Positions 9,342 through 19,200 of a stretch of DNA of 64,000 bases are shown one piece after another (position 1 is the stretch's first letter; every line of letters starts with the position of its first letter). This DNA is from an uncultured Gemmatimonadaceae bacterium (lineage in GTDB: Bacteria; Gemmatimonadota; Gemmatimonadetes; Gemmatimonadales; GWC2-71-9), in assembly GCA_964642475.1 (NCBI GenBank), contig CAZXRC010000003.1:46393-110392 (forward strand), given 5' to 3'. The position numbers were made by a program, and so were the translations under genes. A model generated the notes under the pieces. It ran no database searches. It was not told the origin of the DNA and was given only the letters and a program-made list of their open reading frames with translations.

Positions 9342-10862
9342 ATGACGACCCCCGCCGGCATCGTCACCGAATTCGCTCACCTGTTGCTTCTGCTCCGCGA
9401 TCGGCCGGAGCAGAAGGACGAGCAGCGGGAGGCCTTCAAGCGCTTTGCGTCCCTCCTGTCCGAGGAGGACCACCAGCTCCGGCTGACCCCTTCCGGGTTC
9501 ATCTGGGACCATGCCTCGGTCGCCGCCGCGCCGGGAGAATTGGAGGGATTGTACTCCCATCTCCGGGGCCATGGCATCGGCGAGCTCCGTCTGCCCGTGG
9601 GCCTGATGAGCTCGACCTTGATCTCACTCGTGCGTTTGCTCTCCGCCCCCATCGGGACGTACGGCAATTTCGACCACTTGGTCGCCCGGCTCGACGCGGC
9701 CGGCTGCGGCGTGGTGCAGGTGCATCCGATTCCGCCGGCGGAGATCGCCCCGCAGCTCGATCCCCGCATGCGGCCCACCGCCGGCGCCGATAAGGATGGC
9801 CGGCTGACGGCGCTCGGCCCCGGTGCGCTCACCGAGGCCCAGGTCGGGATGATGCACTTCGTCTCGCTCCAGAGCTCGGCGGTGAACCCGACGATGGAGG
9901 TCATGAATCGGCTGGCCCACGCCGATACCTCCGCCGCCACGTCGGAGGCCCTGACCCAGCTGCTGGCCGCGGGCGAAATGGCCTCGCGCCAGGGGGAGTG
10001 GCGGGAAGTCTGTCAGGCGGCCTACGGACTCCTCGAGCTGGAGAAGAAGGCGCCCCCGGAGGAGAACCGCGGCTACGGGATCGCGCTCCGCCGGATGCTG
10101 CCCCGCTCCAACCTCGAGAAGCTGGCCCGGCTCACGGCCCATGGGAACATGAAGTCGGAGGCCACCGCGGTGCTCCGCCGTATGGGCGCGGATGGGACCG
10201 AGGTCCTGCTCAACCTGATGGTCAATTCGGAGGAGATGAACGAGCGCCGGCACTACTTCAGCGCGCTCAAGGAGATGTCCGAGGGCGGCAAGCTCCTGGT
10301 CCACATGCTGAGCCACGACCAGTGGTACGTGGTGCGCAACGTGGCCGATCTCTGCGGGGAGCTCCGGGAAGAACGGTCGGTGCATTCGCTGGCCAAGCAC
10401 ATGCACCATGAGGACGAGCGGGTCCGTCGCGCGGTGGCGGGGGCGCTGGCCAAGATCGGCGGGCCGGGGGCGGTGGAACCGCTGCGTCGGGCCCTTCGGG
10501 ACCCCTCCGCCGCCGTCCGACTGGAAGCGGCCCAGGACCTCGACGGCCGACGGAACAAGGGCCTGGCCATGAGCCTGGCGGTGGCGGCCGACGACGAGTC
10601 ACGCCCGGACGTGCAGCGGCAGATGCACCTGGCCTTGGGCCGGATCGGATCGGCCGAGGCGATCCAGGCGCTGGCCAAGGCGGCGGAGCCGGGGAAGCGG
10701 AGCTTTCTCCGGCGGAAGCCCGTGGCGGTCCGACTCAGCGCCATCGAGGGACTGCACGTCGCCGGTCCCAGCGGAGCCAACGCCCTCAAAGACCTGCTCA
10801 ACGATGAGGAGCCGGCGGTACGCGAGGCGGTGCAGCGGGCCCTCACGACCCTCTGGGAGTAG
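9342..10862 (+). CDS. HEAT-repeat protein (PBS-lyase-type repeats in the C-terminal half; N-terminal half unassigned)
   Basis: Repeated ...VR..A..AL..IG...A...L motifs from about aa 320 onward. Length is 506 aa. Confidence 0.8.
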   Translation: MTTPAGIVTEFAHLLLLLRDRPEQKDEQREAFKRFASLLSEEDHQLRLTPSGFIWDHASVAAAPGELEGLYSHLRGHGIGELRLPVGLMSSTLISLVRLLSAPIGTYGNFDHLVARLDAAGCGVVQVHPIPPAEIAPQLDPRMRPTAGADKDGRLTALGPGALTEAQVGMMHFVSLQSSAVNPTMEVMNRLAHADTSAATSEALTQLLAAGEMASRQGEWREVCQAAYGLLELEKKAPPEENRGYGIALRRMLPRSNLEKLARLTAHGNMKSEATAVLRRMGADGTEVLLNLMVNSEEMNERRHYFSALKEMSEGGKLLVHMLSHDQWYVVRNVADLCGELREERSVHSLAKHMHHEDERVRRAVAGALAKIGGPGAVEPLRRALRDPSAAVRLEAAQDLDGRRNKGLAMSLAVAADDESRPDVQRQMHLALGRIGSAEAIQALAKAAEPGKRSFLRRKPVAVRLSAIEGLHVAGPSGANALKDLLNDEEPAVREAVQRALTTLWE

Positions 10863-10866
10863 TTCC

Positions 10867-11934
10867 CTACCGCGGGACCAGGTCGGTTTCCTTCGTCAGG
10901 CGCCGGGCCAGCGCCGCCAGCAGCCGGGCCGTGCGATCGAGGTCCTCCAGCACCACCATTTCGTTGGGGCTGTGCATGTAGCGCAAGGGCACCGATACCA
11001 GGGCGGTGGCCACCCCTTTGAGCGCGCTGAAGATGTTGTCGGCGTCGGTGCTGGTTCCCCGCGGCGCGGCTTCCAGGGTGCAGGGAATGTGCTCGGCCCT
11101 GGCGGCGTCGAGCAGCAGCTCTACCAATACCGGGTTGATCGAGGCCCCGCGCGAGATCACCGGGCCTCCCCCCAGCTTGTAGTCGCCGTGCTTGCGCTTC
11201 TCGACCCCGGGATAGTCCGTCGCATGGGTCACGTCCACGACAACGGCGACGTCGGCTTCGATGACCCGGGCGCCGGTCCGGGCGCCGCCGCCGGTGTAGC
11301 CGATCTCCTCCCGGGTGGTGGCGGCGGCGGTGACCCGCACGCTGGGTCGATCCTGGGCGAGGTAGCGCAGGGCCTCGAGCACCACGAAGGCACCGACCCG
11401 ATTGTCCAGCGAGCGACTCACCAGGCGCCCGTTGGGGAACTCGAGGACCGAGGACGCCAGGACACCGGGATCCCCCACCCGGACCCGGGCTATCGCCTCT
11501 GCCCGGCTGGTGGCGCCGATGTCGATCCAGAGATCGCCCGCCTTCGAGACCTTCTCCCGGTCCTCCTTCTCCATCAGGTGGATGGCCTTCTTCCCGATCA
11601 CGCCGGGCACGGTGCCGCCCTGTCCCAGCAACTGCACCCGCTGGCCCACGAACACCTGATGATCCCACCCGCCGATCGTGTCGAAACTGAGGTACCCCTC
11701 GTCGTCGATGTAGGTGACCATCACGCCGATCTCGTCGATATGGCCGGCGAACATCAGCCGCGGGGTGGCGGCGGGGTTGATCGTCGCGAAGCTGTTCCCG
11801 CTCACGTCGGCCTCGACCCGCTCGGCGAAACTCTGCGCCTCGCTTCTCCAGACGCGCGCCGGGAGGGTCTCATAGGACGATGGGCCCGGGGAATCGAGCA
11901 GCTGGCGCAGGAAGACGTGGGATTTCTGGTCCAT
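10867..11934 (-). CDS. M42 family aminopeptidase (FrvX/CelM-like)
   Basis: 355 aa with M42-type motifs (GHIDEIG, DNRVG, TTREEIG, ...HSPNE). Confidence 0.88.
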   Translation of the reverse strand: MDQKSHVFLRQLLDSPGPSSYETLPARVWRSEAQSFAERVEADVSGNSFATINPAATPRLMFAGHIDEIGVMVTYIDDEGYLSFDTIGGWDHQVFVGQRVQLLGQGGTVPGVIGKKAIHLMEKEDREKVSKAGDLWIDIGATSRAEAIARVRVGDPGVLASSVLEFPNGRLVSRSLDNRVGAFVVLEALRYLAQDRPSVRVTAAATTREEIGYTGGGARTGARVIEADVAVVVDVTHATDYPGVEKRKHGDYKLGGGPVISRGASINPVLVELLLDAARAEHIPCTLEAAPRGTSTDADNIFSALKGVATALVSVPLRYMHSPNEMVVLEDLDRTARLLAALARRLTKETDLVPR

Positions 11935-12048
11935 GAGCTTTCGGGGTGAGTGTCAGGGGCACGAGAATCTGACCGCTGAGGGCCGATTGTCCAGTGCAGG
12001 GGGAGTGGCCGCCCGGGAAGCCTCCCGACCGCGCCGTCCTCCTGTCGT

Positions 12049-13296
12049 TTGGTGCCCCGGCGCCCCATCTTCCCCGGACGCCCGACATTCCGACTCCCCG
12101 AGACCTTCGATCACTCCGTGCCCCACACCGCTCTCCGCACCCGGTCGTTTCGCGAGTCGGTCATACGCGGCATGTCCCGCGTCGCCGCCCAGCACGGCGC
12201 CATCAATCTGGCCCAGGGGTTCCCCAACTTCGCGGCGCCCGACATCCTGAAGGAAGCCGCCATCCAGGCCATTCGGGACAATCTCAACCAGTACGCCATT
12301 ACCTGGGGCTCGCGACGACTGCGGGAGGCGGTGGCCCGCAAGTATGCCGCCTGGTACGACATGCAGGTCGATCCCGACGCCGAGGTGACGGTCACCTGCG
12401 GGGCAACCGAGGCGATGGTCGCGACGATGCTCGCGCTGGTCGATCCGGGCGAGGAGGTGATCGTCTTCGAGCCGTTCTACGAGAACTACGGACCCGATGC
12501 GATCCTGTGCGACGCGAGGCCGGTCTACGTGCCGCTCTTTCCGGGGCAGCCACTCGATCTCGACCAGCTGGCCCGGGCGTTCACGTCGCGGACCCGGGCC
12601 ATCATCGTGAATACGCCGGCCAACCCCAGCGGGCGGGTCCTCACCCGGGCCGAACTCGAGGCCATCGCCGGACTCTGCCAGCGCTACGATGCCTACGCGG
12701 TGACCGACGAGATCTACGAGCACATCCGCTACAGCGGCGAGCACATTCCCCTGGCCACCCTGCCGGGGATGCGGGAGCGGACCGTCACGATCAGCGGGGC
12801 CTCGAAGACCTTCAGCATCACCGGGTGGCGGATCGGGACGATCGTTTCGCCGGTGGCGATTACCGAGGCCATCCGGAAGGTGCACGACTTCCTGACGGTG
12901 GGAGCCCCGGCCCCGCTGCAGGAGGGGCTGGCGACGGTGATGGATTCGGTCGGCCCGGCGTTTTACGCCGGCATGGCGGAGGAGTACCTCCGGCGCCGCG
13001 ACCTGCTGTACGCCGCGCTTTGTCGAGCCGGCTTCAAGTGCACCGCGCCCGACGGCGCGTACTATATCCTGGCCGACTTCTCCGCATTGTCCGACCTCCC
13101 GGATACCGAGTTCGCCCTGTGGCTGGCTCGGGAGCGGGGCGTTGCACCGGTGCCGGGTTCCAGCTTCTTCAGTCGCCCCGAGTTGGGCCGCCACTACGTC
13201 CGGTTCGTGTTCTGCAAGACCGACGACCTCCTGACCGAAGCCGCGGCCCGGCTGACGGGCGGCGGGAGCCGGGGAGCGGCGGATGTTCAACGCTGA
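12049..13296 (+). CDS. Class I/II PLP-dependent aminotransferase (YbdL/methionine aminotransferase-like)
   Basis: AINLAQGFPNF motif and the PLP lysine context SGASKTFSITGWRIG. The start is uncertain: TTG at 12049 from the ORF track, while GTG at 12118 fits homolog N-termini better. Confidence 0.88.
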   Translation: MVPRRPIFPGRPTFRLPETFDHSVPHTALRTRSFRESVIRGMSRVAAQHGAINLAQGFPNFAAPDILKEAAIQAIRDNLNQYAITWGSRRLREAVARKYAAWYDMQVDPDAEVTVTCGATEAMVATMLALVDPGEEVIVFEPFYENYGPDAILCDARPVYVPLFPGQPLDLDQLARAFTSRTRAIIVNTPANPSGRVLTRAELEAIAGLCQRYDAYAVTDEIYEHIRYSGEHIPLATLPGMRERTVTISGASKTFSITGWRIGTIVSPVAITEAIRKVHDFLTVGAPAPLQEGLATVMDSVGPAFYAGMAEEYLRRRDLLYAALCRAGFKCTAPDGAYYILADFSALSDLPDTEFALWLARERGVAPVPGSSFFSRPELGRHYVRFVFCKTDDLLTEAAARLTGGGSRGAADVQR

Positions 13297-13341
13297 GACC
13301 TGCCTTTCCCGTGGCAGGAAGTCGGCTTAGAGTTCAGGCCC

Positions 13342-13722
13342 ATGAAGCCCGGCTCACTCCGCCTTCTCCTGGGAACGGCCCAGCTGGTCGTGCTGCTCGG
13401 CATCCAGCTGGCCGAGGGGACCGGCGTGCACCGTTGCCCGGAGCACGACGCCGGCATCGGGGCGGTCTCGGGCGACGAGATGAACGGCCATCAGGGGTTG
13501 GGCCAGGCGGGCCACCACCCCGGCCACGGCCAGCCGGCCCACGCCGCCTGCCACTGCGTCGGTCCCTGTTCCACGGTCACGGCCATGCACCGGGCGGCCG
13601 ATGCTCCCGCCATCGCCCTCGGCCCTCGCCGCTACGCCCAGCCGGGCTCCTACGACGTGGTGGCTCTCCGAGACACCGTCCGCCTCCTTCCCTTCGCCCT
13701 CGGTCCCCCTCCCACCGCCTGA
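13342..13722 (+). CDS. Small secreted His/Cys-rich protein (reminiscent of DUF2946-type proteins found upstream of TonB-dependent metal receptors)
   Basis: N-terminal signal-like segment, then an HHPGHGQPAHAACHCVGPC cluster. It lies 68 nt upstream of the TonB-dependent receptor on the same strand. Confidence 0.55.
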   Translation: MKPGSLRLLLGTAQLVVLLGIQLAEGTGVHRCPEHDAGIGAVSGDEMNGHQGLGQAGHHPGHGQPAHAACHCVGPCSTVTAMHRAADAPAIALGPRRYAQPGSYDVVALRDTVRLLPFALGPPPTA

Positions 13723-13790
13723 TTCGTGACCGCTGACGGTCCGGCCCCATCGGCCGGGCGTCGCCGCGTTCCTCCAACATCAGGCTGATC

Positions 13791-15869
13791 ATGCCACGCC
13801 AGCGCCGTGCGGCGCACGCCCTCGCGCGTGCGACCGTGCTGCTGGGCCTGGGCGGCGCTTCCGCCGTCCAGGCCCAGCAACCAACTCGCGATACCTCGGC
13901 CGTGGAGCTGGAGACCATCACGGTCACGGCCCCCGGTCCCCGCGCTACCCCGCCGGTCGAGCTGTCGGTCGACGTGCCGGCGAAGGTGGTGGCGCGGCAG
14001 CAGAGTGCCAACGCCTACGACCTGATCCGGCGCGCCGCCGGCATCGAAGTGCACGAGCAGGGGCAGGGGCCCGGCTGGGCCTCGGACGTGGTGATCCGGG
14101 GCTTCACCTCGGATCACTCGTCCGATGTCCTGCTGCTGCTCGACGGCGTGCCGATCAACCTGCCGATCCACGGACACGTCGAGGGCTATTCCGACTGGAC
14201 CATCCTCTCGCCGGCAGCGGTACAGGGTATCCGGGTCATTCACGGGCCGGCGAGCCCGCTCTACGGCAATTTCGCCGTCGGAGGCGCGGTGGAGGTGAAC
14301 ACCGCCCAGGATGCCGGTGGGATCGCCGGCTCGGTGGGTGGATCGAGCGACGGCGACGCCTCGGGGTGGGTCCGGGGCGGCCGACGGCACGAACGCTCGG
14401 GTTACCTCTTCGCGGTCCAGGGCGAGCGGGGCGAGGGCTGGCGTGACAACAGCAGCAGCGGGTTGGGCCACGTCGCGCTGCGGGGCTGGCGGCGGCTCGA
14501 CGATCGGACTCGGATCGAGGGGGGACTGACCGGATACGGCTCGGGGTGGGACTCGCCCGGCTTTCTCTCGGTCGCCGACTACAACGCGGGACATCTCGAA
14601 CGCGCGGCCGACCCGACCGACGGTGGGTCGAGCGGGCGCGGGATCCTGCATGGCCGGGTGGCGCGGAGCCTTGCCGCCGGTCGCTCGCTGGATCTGCTGG
14701 GCTGGGTCCAGGTGGCCCGCTCCACCGTGTTCCTGACCGTGCCGGAGGACGGGGCGGCGGAGCAGCAGGAGGAGCGCGACCGGCGATCGGCGGTGGGGTT
14801 CAGCGGCTACTGGCGGGTGCCGGCGGGAAGTGGCGAAACCTGGGCCGGAGTAGGAGGTCGGGCCGATTGGGACACCTACGACCTGTACCATACGGTCGGC
14901 CGCGAACGGGTGGCCACCACCCAACGTACCGACGGCCGCTACCAGGAGGCCAACGCCTACATCCGCAATCGCGGCCTCGCCTGGTCACGGCTCCAGTACG
15001 ACTTCTCCCTCCGGGCCGACCTTGTCCGCTACGCCGCCCGGGACCGGACCGTTCCCGACTCGAGGTTGCGCGATAACGTCACCGCGGTCCTGAGCCCCAA
15101 GTTCGGGGCCCGCTACCTCCTCGGGGGGGGCTGGAGCGCGGTCACGTCGATCAACCGCGGGTTCCGCGGGCCGGTCGGCGTCATCGAGGATGTCCACCAG
15201 CCGCTGGTAACCGCCTGGGCCAAGGAGCTCGGCATCGAGCTCGAAACCGATCGAATCTCGGCCCAGCTTTCGGCGTTCCAGACCGACGTCCGGAACGAGA
15301 AGATCCTGGATCCGGTCACTCTCGAGATCTCCGACGCCGGCCAGAGCCGGCGCCGGGGGTTCTCGGGACAGATCGGTGTCGCGTTGACGCCCCGGTTGCG
15401 GATCTCGGCCGAGGGGACGTTCAACGATGCGAAAATCACGGGCAGCGGTCGCGGATCGTCCGTCGGGCTCCGAGCCAGTCTGGCCACCGACTCCGTCGTC
15501 GGCTTTCCCGTTCCCCCGCTGGCCTATCATGTCGAGCCGTTGAGTCCGGGGTCGCACATCCCGGGGGTGTCCCGCTACCTCGGCCGGGTCGAGGCGGAGT
15601 ACCGGGTCACGGAGCGGGTCGAGCCCCGGGTGTCGGTCCGTTTCGCGGGGCCGTTCACCCCCATCGGGGAAGATGGGGTTCGAACCAAAGCCTACGTGGT
15701 CGCCGATGTCGGCGCGTCGATCGGCCTCACGCCGCGCACCACGCTCGATATCGAACTGCAGAACCTGCTTGACACGAAGTACCCGGAGATCCGCGCTTCC
15801 GGGTTCCTCAATCCGGGCACGCCGCGCACCCTGCGCGCCGCGGTCCGCTTTTCTCCCGCAACTCTCTGA
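13791..15869 (+). CDS. TonB-dependent outer-membrane receptor
   Basis: Signal peptide ending AVQAQQ, plug-domain motifs (ITVTA..., RGF.S...VLLLLDGVPIN), and a beta-barrel C-terminus ending ...RAAVRFSPATL. Confidence 0.9.
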   Translation: MPRQRRAAHALARATVLLGLGGASAVQAQQPTRDTSAVELETITVTAPGPRATPPVELSVDVPAKVVARQQSANAYDLIRRAAGIEVHEQGQGPGWASDVVIRGFTSDHSSDVLLLLDGVPINLPIHGHVEGYSDWTILSPAAVQGIRVIHGPASPLYGNFAVGGAVEVNTAQDAGGIAGSVGGSSDGDASGWVRGGRRHERSGYLFAVQGERGEGWRDNSSSGLGHVALRGWRRLDDRTRIEGGLTGYGSGWDSPGFLSVADYNAGHLERAADPTDGGSSGRGILHGRVARSLAAGRSLDLLGWVQVARSTVFLTVPEDGAAEQQEERDRRSAVGFSGYWRVPAGSGETWAGVGGRADWDTYDLYHTVGRERVATTQRTDGRYQEANAYIRNRGLAWSRLQYDFSLRADLVRYAARDRTVPDSRLRDNVTAVLSPKFGARYLLGGGWSAVTSINRGFRGPVGVIEDVHQPLVTAWAKELGIELETDRISAQLSAFQTDVRNEKILDPVTLEISDAGQSRRRGFSGQIGVALTPRLRISAEGTFNDAKITGSGRGSSVGLRASLATDSVVGFPVPPLAYHVEPLSPGSHIPGVSRYLGRVEAEYRVTERVEPRVSVRFAGPFTPIGEDGVRTKAYVVADVGASIGLTPRTTLDIELQNLLDTKYPEIRASGFLNPGTPRTLRAAVRFSPATL

Positions 15870-15898
15870 CCAAGACCATACTCGAGGACTTCCGAGCC

Positions 15899-16321
15899 AT
15901 GAACCGCTTCGCGCTTCCGCTGATCGGCCTGGGGGCCGCATTGACCGTCGGGGCCTGCAACAGCGACGAGGCCACCGCCAGCGAGGACCATACGCCGGTG
16001 CGGGTGGTGCTGATCGTCGGGACCGACACCATGACCACCGACACCCTGTTCCTCCCCGCCGGCCAGACCGTCACCGTGCGGGGTACCTTCTACACCGCCG
16101 GCGATGACAACCTGGACGACGAGGAGCTGCATCACTGGTCCAAGCTCACCTTCAACCCCGGATCGCTGGCCACCGCCGCGGTCGACGTCTCGCACCACTA
16201 CTCGCATCAGGTGACCGTGCAGGGTGCCGCCGGCGCCACCGGGACGGTGGACGTGGGCTACGGGCATGACGATCTGGCCGACGAGAATACCCTCAGCGCC
16301 AAAGTGAAGATCGTCCCGTAA
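15899..16321 (+). CDS. His-rich lipoprotein, unknown function
   Basis: Lipoprotein signal MNRFALPLIGLGAALTVGAC. The mature part carries HH, HHYSH and GHDD clusters. It immediately follows the TonB-dependent receptor. Confidence 0.7.
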   Translation: MNRFALPLIGLGAALTVGACNSDEATASEDHTPVRVVLIVGTDTMTTDTLFLPAGQTVTVRGTFYTAGDDNLDDEELHHWSKLTFNPGSLATAAVDVSHHYSHQVTVQGAAGATGTVDVGYGHDDLADENTLSAKVKIVP

Positions 16322-16344
16322 CCCGCCGTCGGGCGGTGTCTGCC

Positions 16345-16380
16345 GGGCCGGGCCTTCGGGCCCGGCCCCTTCCGTTTGTC
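16345..16380 (+). terminator. Intrinsic terminator-like hairpin after the receptor/lipoprotein unit
   Basis: A 10-bp GC stem (16345-16354 pairs with 16359-16368), a TTCG loop, then CTTCCGTTTGTC. Confidence 0.55.
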
Positions 16381-16383
16381 ACC

Positions 16384-16411
16384 GGAGAACCGGTCGTCGC
16401 GATCGGGCGTT
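16384..16411 (+). promoter_or_regulatory. ECF-type promoter candidate (GGAGAAC-N17-CGTT) upstream of the ECF sigma gene
   Basis: An AAC-containing -35 at 16384-16390 and CGTT at 16408-16411. It lies about 43 nt upstream of the ATG at 16454. ECF sigma genes are commonly autoregulated from AAC/CGT promoters. Confidence 0.4.
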
Positions 16412-16453
16412 GATCCTGGTGACAGGCGGTGCTCTTATCCTTCGTCCAGGCCC

Positions 16454-17083
16454 ATGAACGATTCCGTCCCCCGCTCCCGCGCCACCGGATCCGCCGAGGG
16501 TCGTCTGCTGAGTCTGGCGCGGGAAGCGTCGCTGCAGCAGCGACTGCTCGCGCGTGACGAGCGGGCCCTGGCGGAACTGGTCGAGACCATGACCCCCTGG
16601 CTGTTGGGCCTGGCGCAGGGGATGCTCTCCGATCGGGACGAGGCGGAAGAGGTGGTGCAGGAGGCCTTCACCATCGTCTGGCGCCGGGTCGATCTCTTCG
16701 ACCGGGAAAGCGGACGCCTGGTGCCCTGGCTCCTCCGGATCACCCGCAATCGCGCCATCGACCGGCTACGGGCCCGCCGCCGGCACCGACGCAAGGCCGA
16801 GCGGGTGTTGCGGGAATCGACCGGCAACACCACCGTCGCGCCGGTGGAGCCCAACGAGGCGGCCCACCCCGGCTGGCAGGTGCACGAACAGGTCCACCAG
16901 GCACTCCGGTCCCTGCCGGCCGACCAGGGCCAGGTGGTGCAGCTGGCCTACTTCGAAGGACTGACTCACTCGGAAATCGCCGGGAAGCTCGGGATTCCGC
17001 TCGGAACGGTGAAGACCCGCCTGCGCCTGGCGCTCGAGAAGATGCGTATCGGACTGGCTTCGATCAGGGACTGGGTTCTATGA
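16454..17083 (+). CDS. ECF (sigma-70 family) RNA polymerase sigma factor
   Basis: Region 2 (EEVVQEAFTIVWRR) and region 4 (QVVQLAYFEGLTHSEIAGKLGIPLGTVKTRL). ATG 16454 is preferred over the TTG at 16376 in the ORF track. Confidence 0.88.
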   Translation: MNDSVPRSRATGSAEGRLLSLAREASLQQRLLARDERALAELVETMTPWLLGLAQGMLSDRDEAEEVVQEAFTIVWRRVDLFDRESGRLVPWLLRITRNRAIDRLRARRRHRRKAERVLRESTGNTTVAPVEPNEAAHPGWQVHEQVHQALRSLPADQGQVVQLAYFEGLTHSEIAGKLGIPLGTVKTRLRLALEKMRIGLASIRDWVL

Positions 17084-17799
17084 CGGCACATGAGTGGTTC
17101 ATCGAACATCGCAGCGCACTCGTCGCCCGCGCGCTTGACCCGGACGAGGAGCGGCTCTTCCGCGAGCATCTCCCCGGTTGCGCCGAGTGCCGCACCGAGG
17201 TGGACCGGCTGGAGCGGGACCTGGCCTGGCTTCCGATGGGGGCCGCCCCGGTGACCGTGCGGCCGGGACTCACCCGCCGCCTGGTGGAAGGCGCCATCGG
17301 ACGGCGGGCCGGGAGCCGGCGAGTGGGGCTCCTGCCGGCCGCGCTCGCGGCCTCCCTGGTGCTGGTGGCCGGCGGATGGCTCCGGGAGCGGAGGCAGTTC
17401 CGTGCCGAGCGGGAGGCGCTCCGTCAGGAGGTCGCGATGGTGCGCGATACCCTGGGGATTATTCAGAGCGCCGCGAAGGTCCGCTACGCCAGCATCACCC
17501 GCGGCGGGCACCAGGGCGGCCTGGTCATCTTCGCGGACGAACGGACCCATCGATGGAACGTGGTGGTCTATGGCCTCCCCGCGCCGGCCCCCGGCGAGGT
17601 CTGCCAGTTCTGGTTCATCACCGACGAGGGAATGGTACGCGGCGTCGAGGTCCGGACGACGCCGCAGGGACCGGCTTTCCTGACCCTTCCGATGCCGCCG
17701 CGGGGTGGCACGGTAATGGGCGCGGCCCTGACGATCGAGCCGGCCGGCTCCAGCGGCGATCGCCCCCAGGGGACCGAGCTGGCCCACCTGATGCTGTGA
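17080..17799 (+). CDS. Anti-sigma factor (zf-HC2 N-terminus, RskA-like extracytoplasmic C-terminus)
   Basis: ATGA overlap with the sigma gene. HLPGCAECRTEV zinc-finger motif, a central transmembrane segment, and a C-terminal GAALTIEP motif. Confidence 0.8.
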   Translation: MTAHEWFIEHRSALVARALDPDEERLFREHLPGCAECRTEVDRLERDLAWLPMGAAPVTVRPGLTRRLVEGAIGRRAGSRRVGLLPAALAASLVLVAGGWLRERRQFRAEREALRQEVAMVRDTLGIIQSAAKVRYASITRGGHQGGLVIFADERTHRWNVVVYGLPAPAPGEVCQFWFITDEGMVRGVEVRTTPQGPAFLTLPMPPRGGTVMGAALTIEPAGSSGDRPQGTELAHLML

Positions 17800-17802
17800 G
17801 GT

Positions 17803-19200
17803 TCAGGCTGACGGGAGCGTGAGCAGGAACTCGGCCCCGGGGGTCGTATCGGTGAGGGTCAGGGTCCCGCCATGGGCCACCGCGATGGCCCGGGCGATCG
17901 CGAGGCCCAGACCCGCGCCGGCCGAGCCCCGATCCAGCCGGGAAAACCGCTCGAAGATGCGGTCACGCGCCTCGGTGGGGATGCCGGTCCCCTCGTCCCG
18001 GACCGTCAGGCAGCACCACGCCCGTCCCCCTTCCATCCGAATGCCGGCGCTCAGCCGGACCGTGCCGGCGCCGTGCACCAGGGCGTTGTGCACCAGCGCC
18101 AGGATGGCCCGCTCCAGCAGCACCGGGTCGCCCAGGACCGGGGCTTCTTCGAAACGCTCGCCCAGGATCTGACGCCCCGCCGCCTGGGGAAGGCGGGCCG
18201 CCCGGCTCATGACCGCGCTGGCCAGGTCGTCGAGGTACACTTTCTCCCGCCGGGCGGTGAGCGCGCCGGCGTCGCTCCTGGCCATCAGCAGCAGGTCTCC
18301 CACCAGCTGGGTCAGCGACACCGCCTCCGCCGCGATTCGCTGGAGCGCCTCGCGGGCGTCGGTGTCGCGGCCGGTCGTGAGCGCCACCTCGGCTTCGCTT
18401 CGCAGGATGGCCACCGGGGTCCGGAGTTCGTGCGCGGCGTCAGCCAGGAACTGTCGCTGTTGCTCCGCCACTTTCCGTTCCTCGGCCAGGGCGCCGGCGA
18501 GGCGGGCGATGAGGAGGTTGAGCGATTCGGTGAGCAGGGTGAGTTCGTCGCCGGCCGTGCGTGGCGCCAACCGGGTAAAGCCCTGGCTCCCGCTCGCGAC
18601 CTCCTGGCCGACGAGTTCGGCCGCGCGGGCGACCTCGACCACCGGGCGGAGGACCAGGCCCGAGGCCCAGGCCCCGAACACCCCCCCCACGATCAGGATG
18701 AACGGCAGCCCGGTGAAGAGCGCCAGGCGGAGGCGCGCCATCTGGTGCTGGAGGGCGCTGGTGTCGAGCGCCATGATGAGATCGATGCCCTCGGTAAGCG
18801 GCGCCCGCAGCGCCCGGGCCTCGCCTTCGCGCAGCTCGAGGGTCGTGGGCCGGTCGGGGGGAAGGGTGAGCCGGACGTCGTCGAAGTGCGGATGGTCGGG
18901 AATCCGCCGGCTCACCGCCAGGACGCTGCGGTCGGGCCGGAACGCGACGATCGTGCGATCGCCATAGATCAGTTCGCCGACCGTGTGCACCACCGCCTCC
19001 TCCCGGGTGCGGAACTCGGGGCGATCGAGCGACAACACCGATCGCGCCGCCCGCACCCCGTCGCGCAGCTCGTCGTCGAAGTCGCGCTCGTAGCCGCGCC
19101 TCAGCAGGCCAAACAGCAGCGCTCCCCCCAGCACCAGGAGGAGCGCGAAGGCCCCGGCGAACACCAGGCCAAGCCGGGCCCGGAGAGTCAGGGGGCTCAC
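17803..19200 (-). CDS. Sensor histidine kinase (two TM segments, HAMP, HisKA, HATPase_c)
   Basis: H-box FLADAAHELRTP, N-box LVHNALVH, G-boxes RDEGTGIP and GLGLAIA. A GTG start at 19200 gives a GTGA overlap with the response regulator stop. The longer ORF to 19353 would overlap the regulator by more than 150 nt. Confidence 0.88.
   Translation of the reverse strand: MSPLTLRARLGLVFAGAFALLLVLGGALLFGLLRRGYERDFDDELRDGVRAARSVLSLDRPEFRTREEAVVHTVGELIYGDRTIVAFRPDRSVLAVSRRIPDHPHFDDVRLTLPPDRPTTLELREGEARALRAPLTEGIDLIMALDTSALQHQMARLRLALFTGLPFILIVGGVFGAWASGLVLRPVVEVARAAELVGQEVASGSQGFTRLAPRTAGDELTLLTESLNLLIARLAGALAEERKVAEQQRQFLADAAHELRTPVAILRSEAEVALTTGRDTDAREALQRIAAEAVSLTQLVGDLLLMARSDAGALTARREKVYLDDLASAVMSRAARLPQAAGRQILGERFEEAPVLGDPVLLERAILALVHNALVHGAGTVRLSAGIRMEGGRAWCCLTVRDEGTGIPTEARDRIFERFSRLDRGSAGAGLGLAIARAIAVAHGGTLTLTDTTPGAEFLLTLPSA

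Noticed and set aside
15677-15686. GGTTCGAACC, which resembles a tRNA T-arm.
   Set aside because: It lies inside the TonB-dependent receptor reading frame, and no acceptor or anticodon stem complementarity surrounds it. I found no tRNA-like cloverleaf anywhere in the window.
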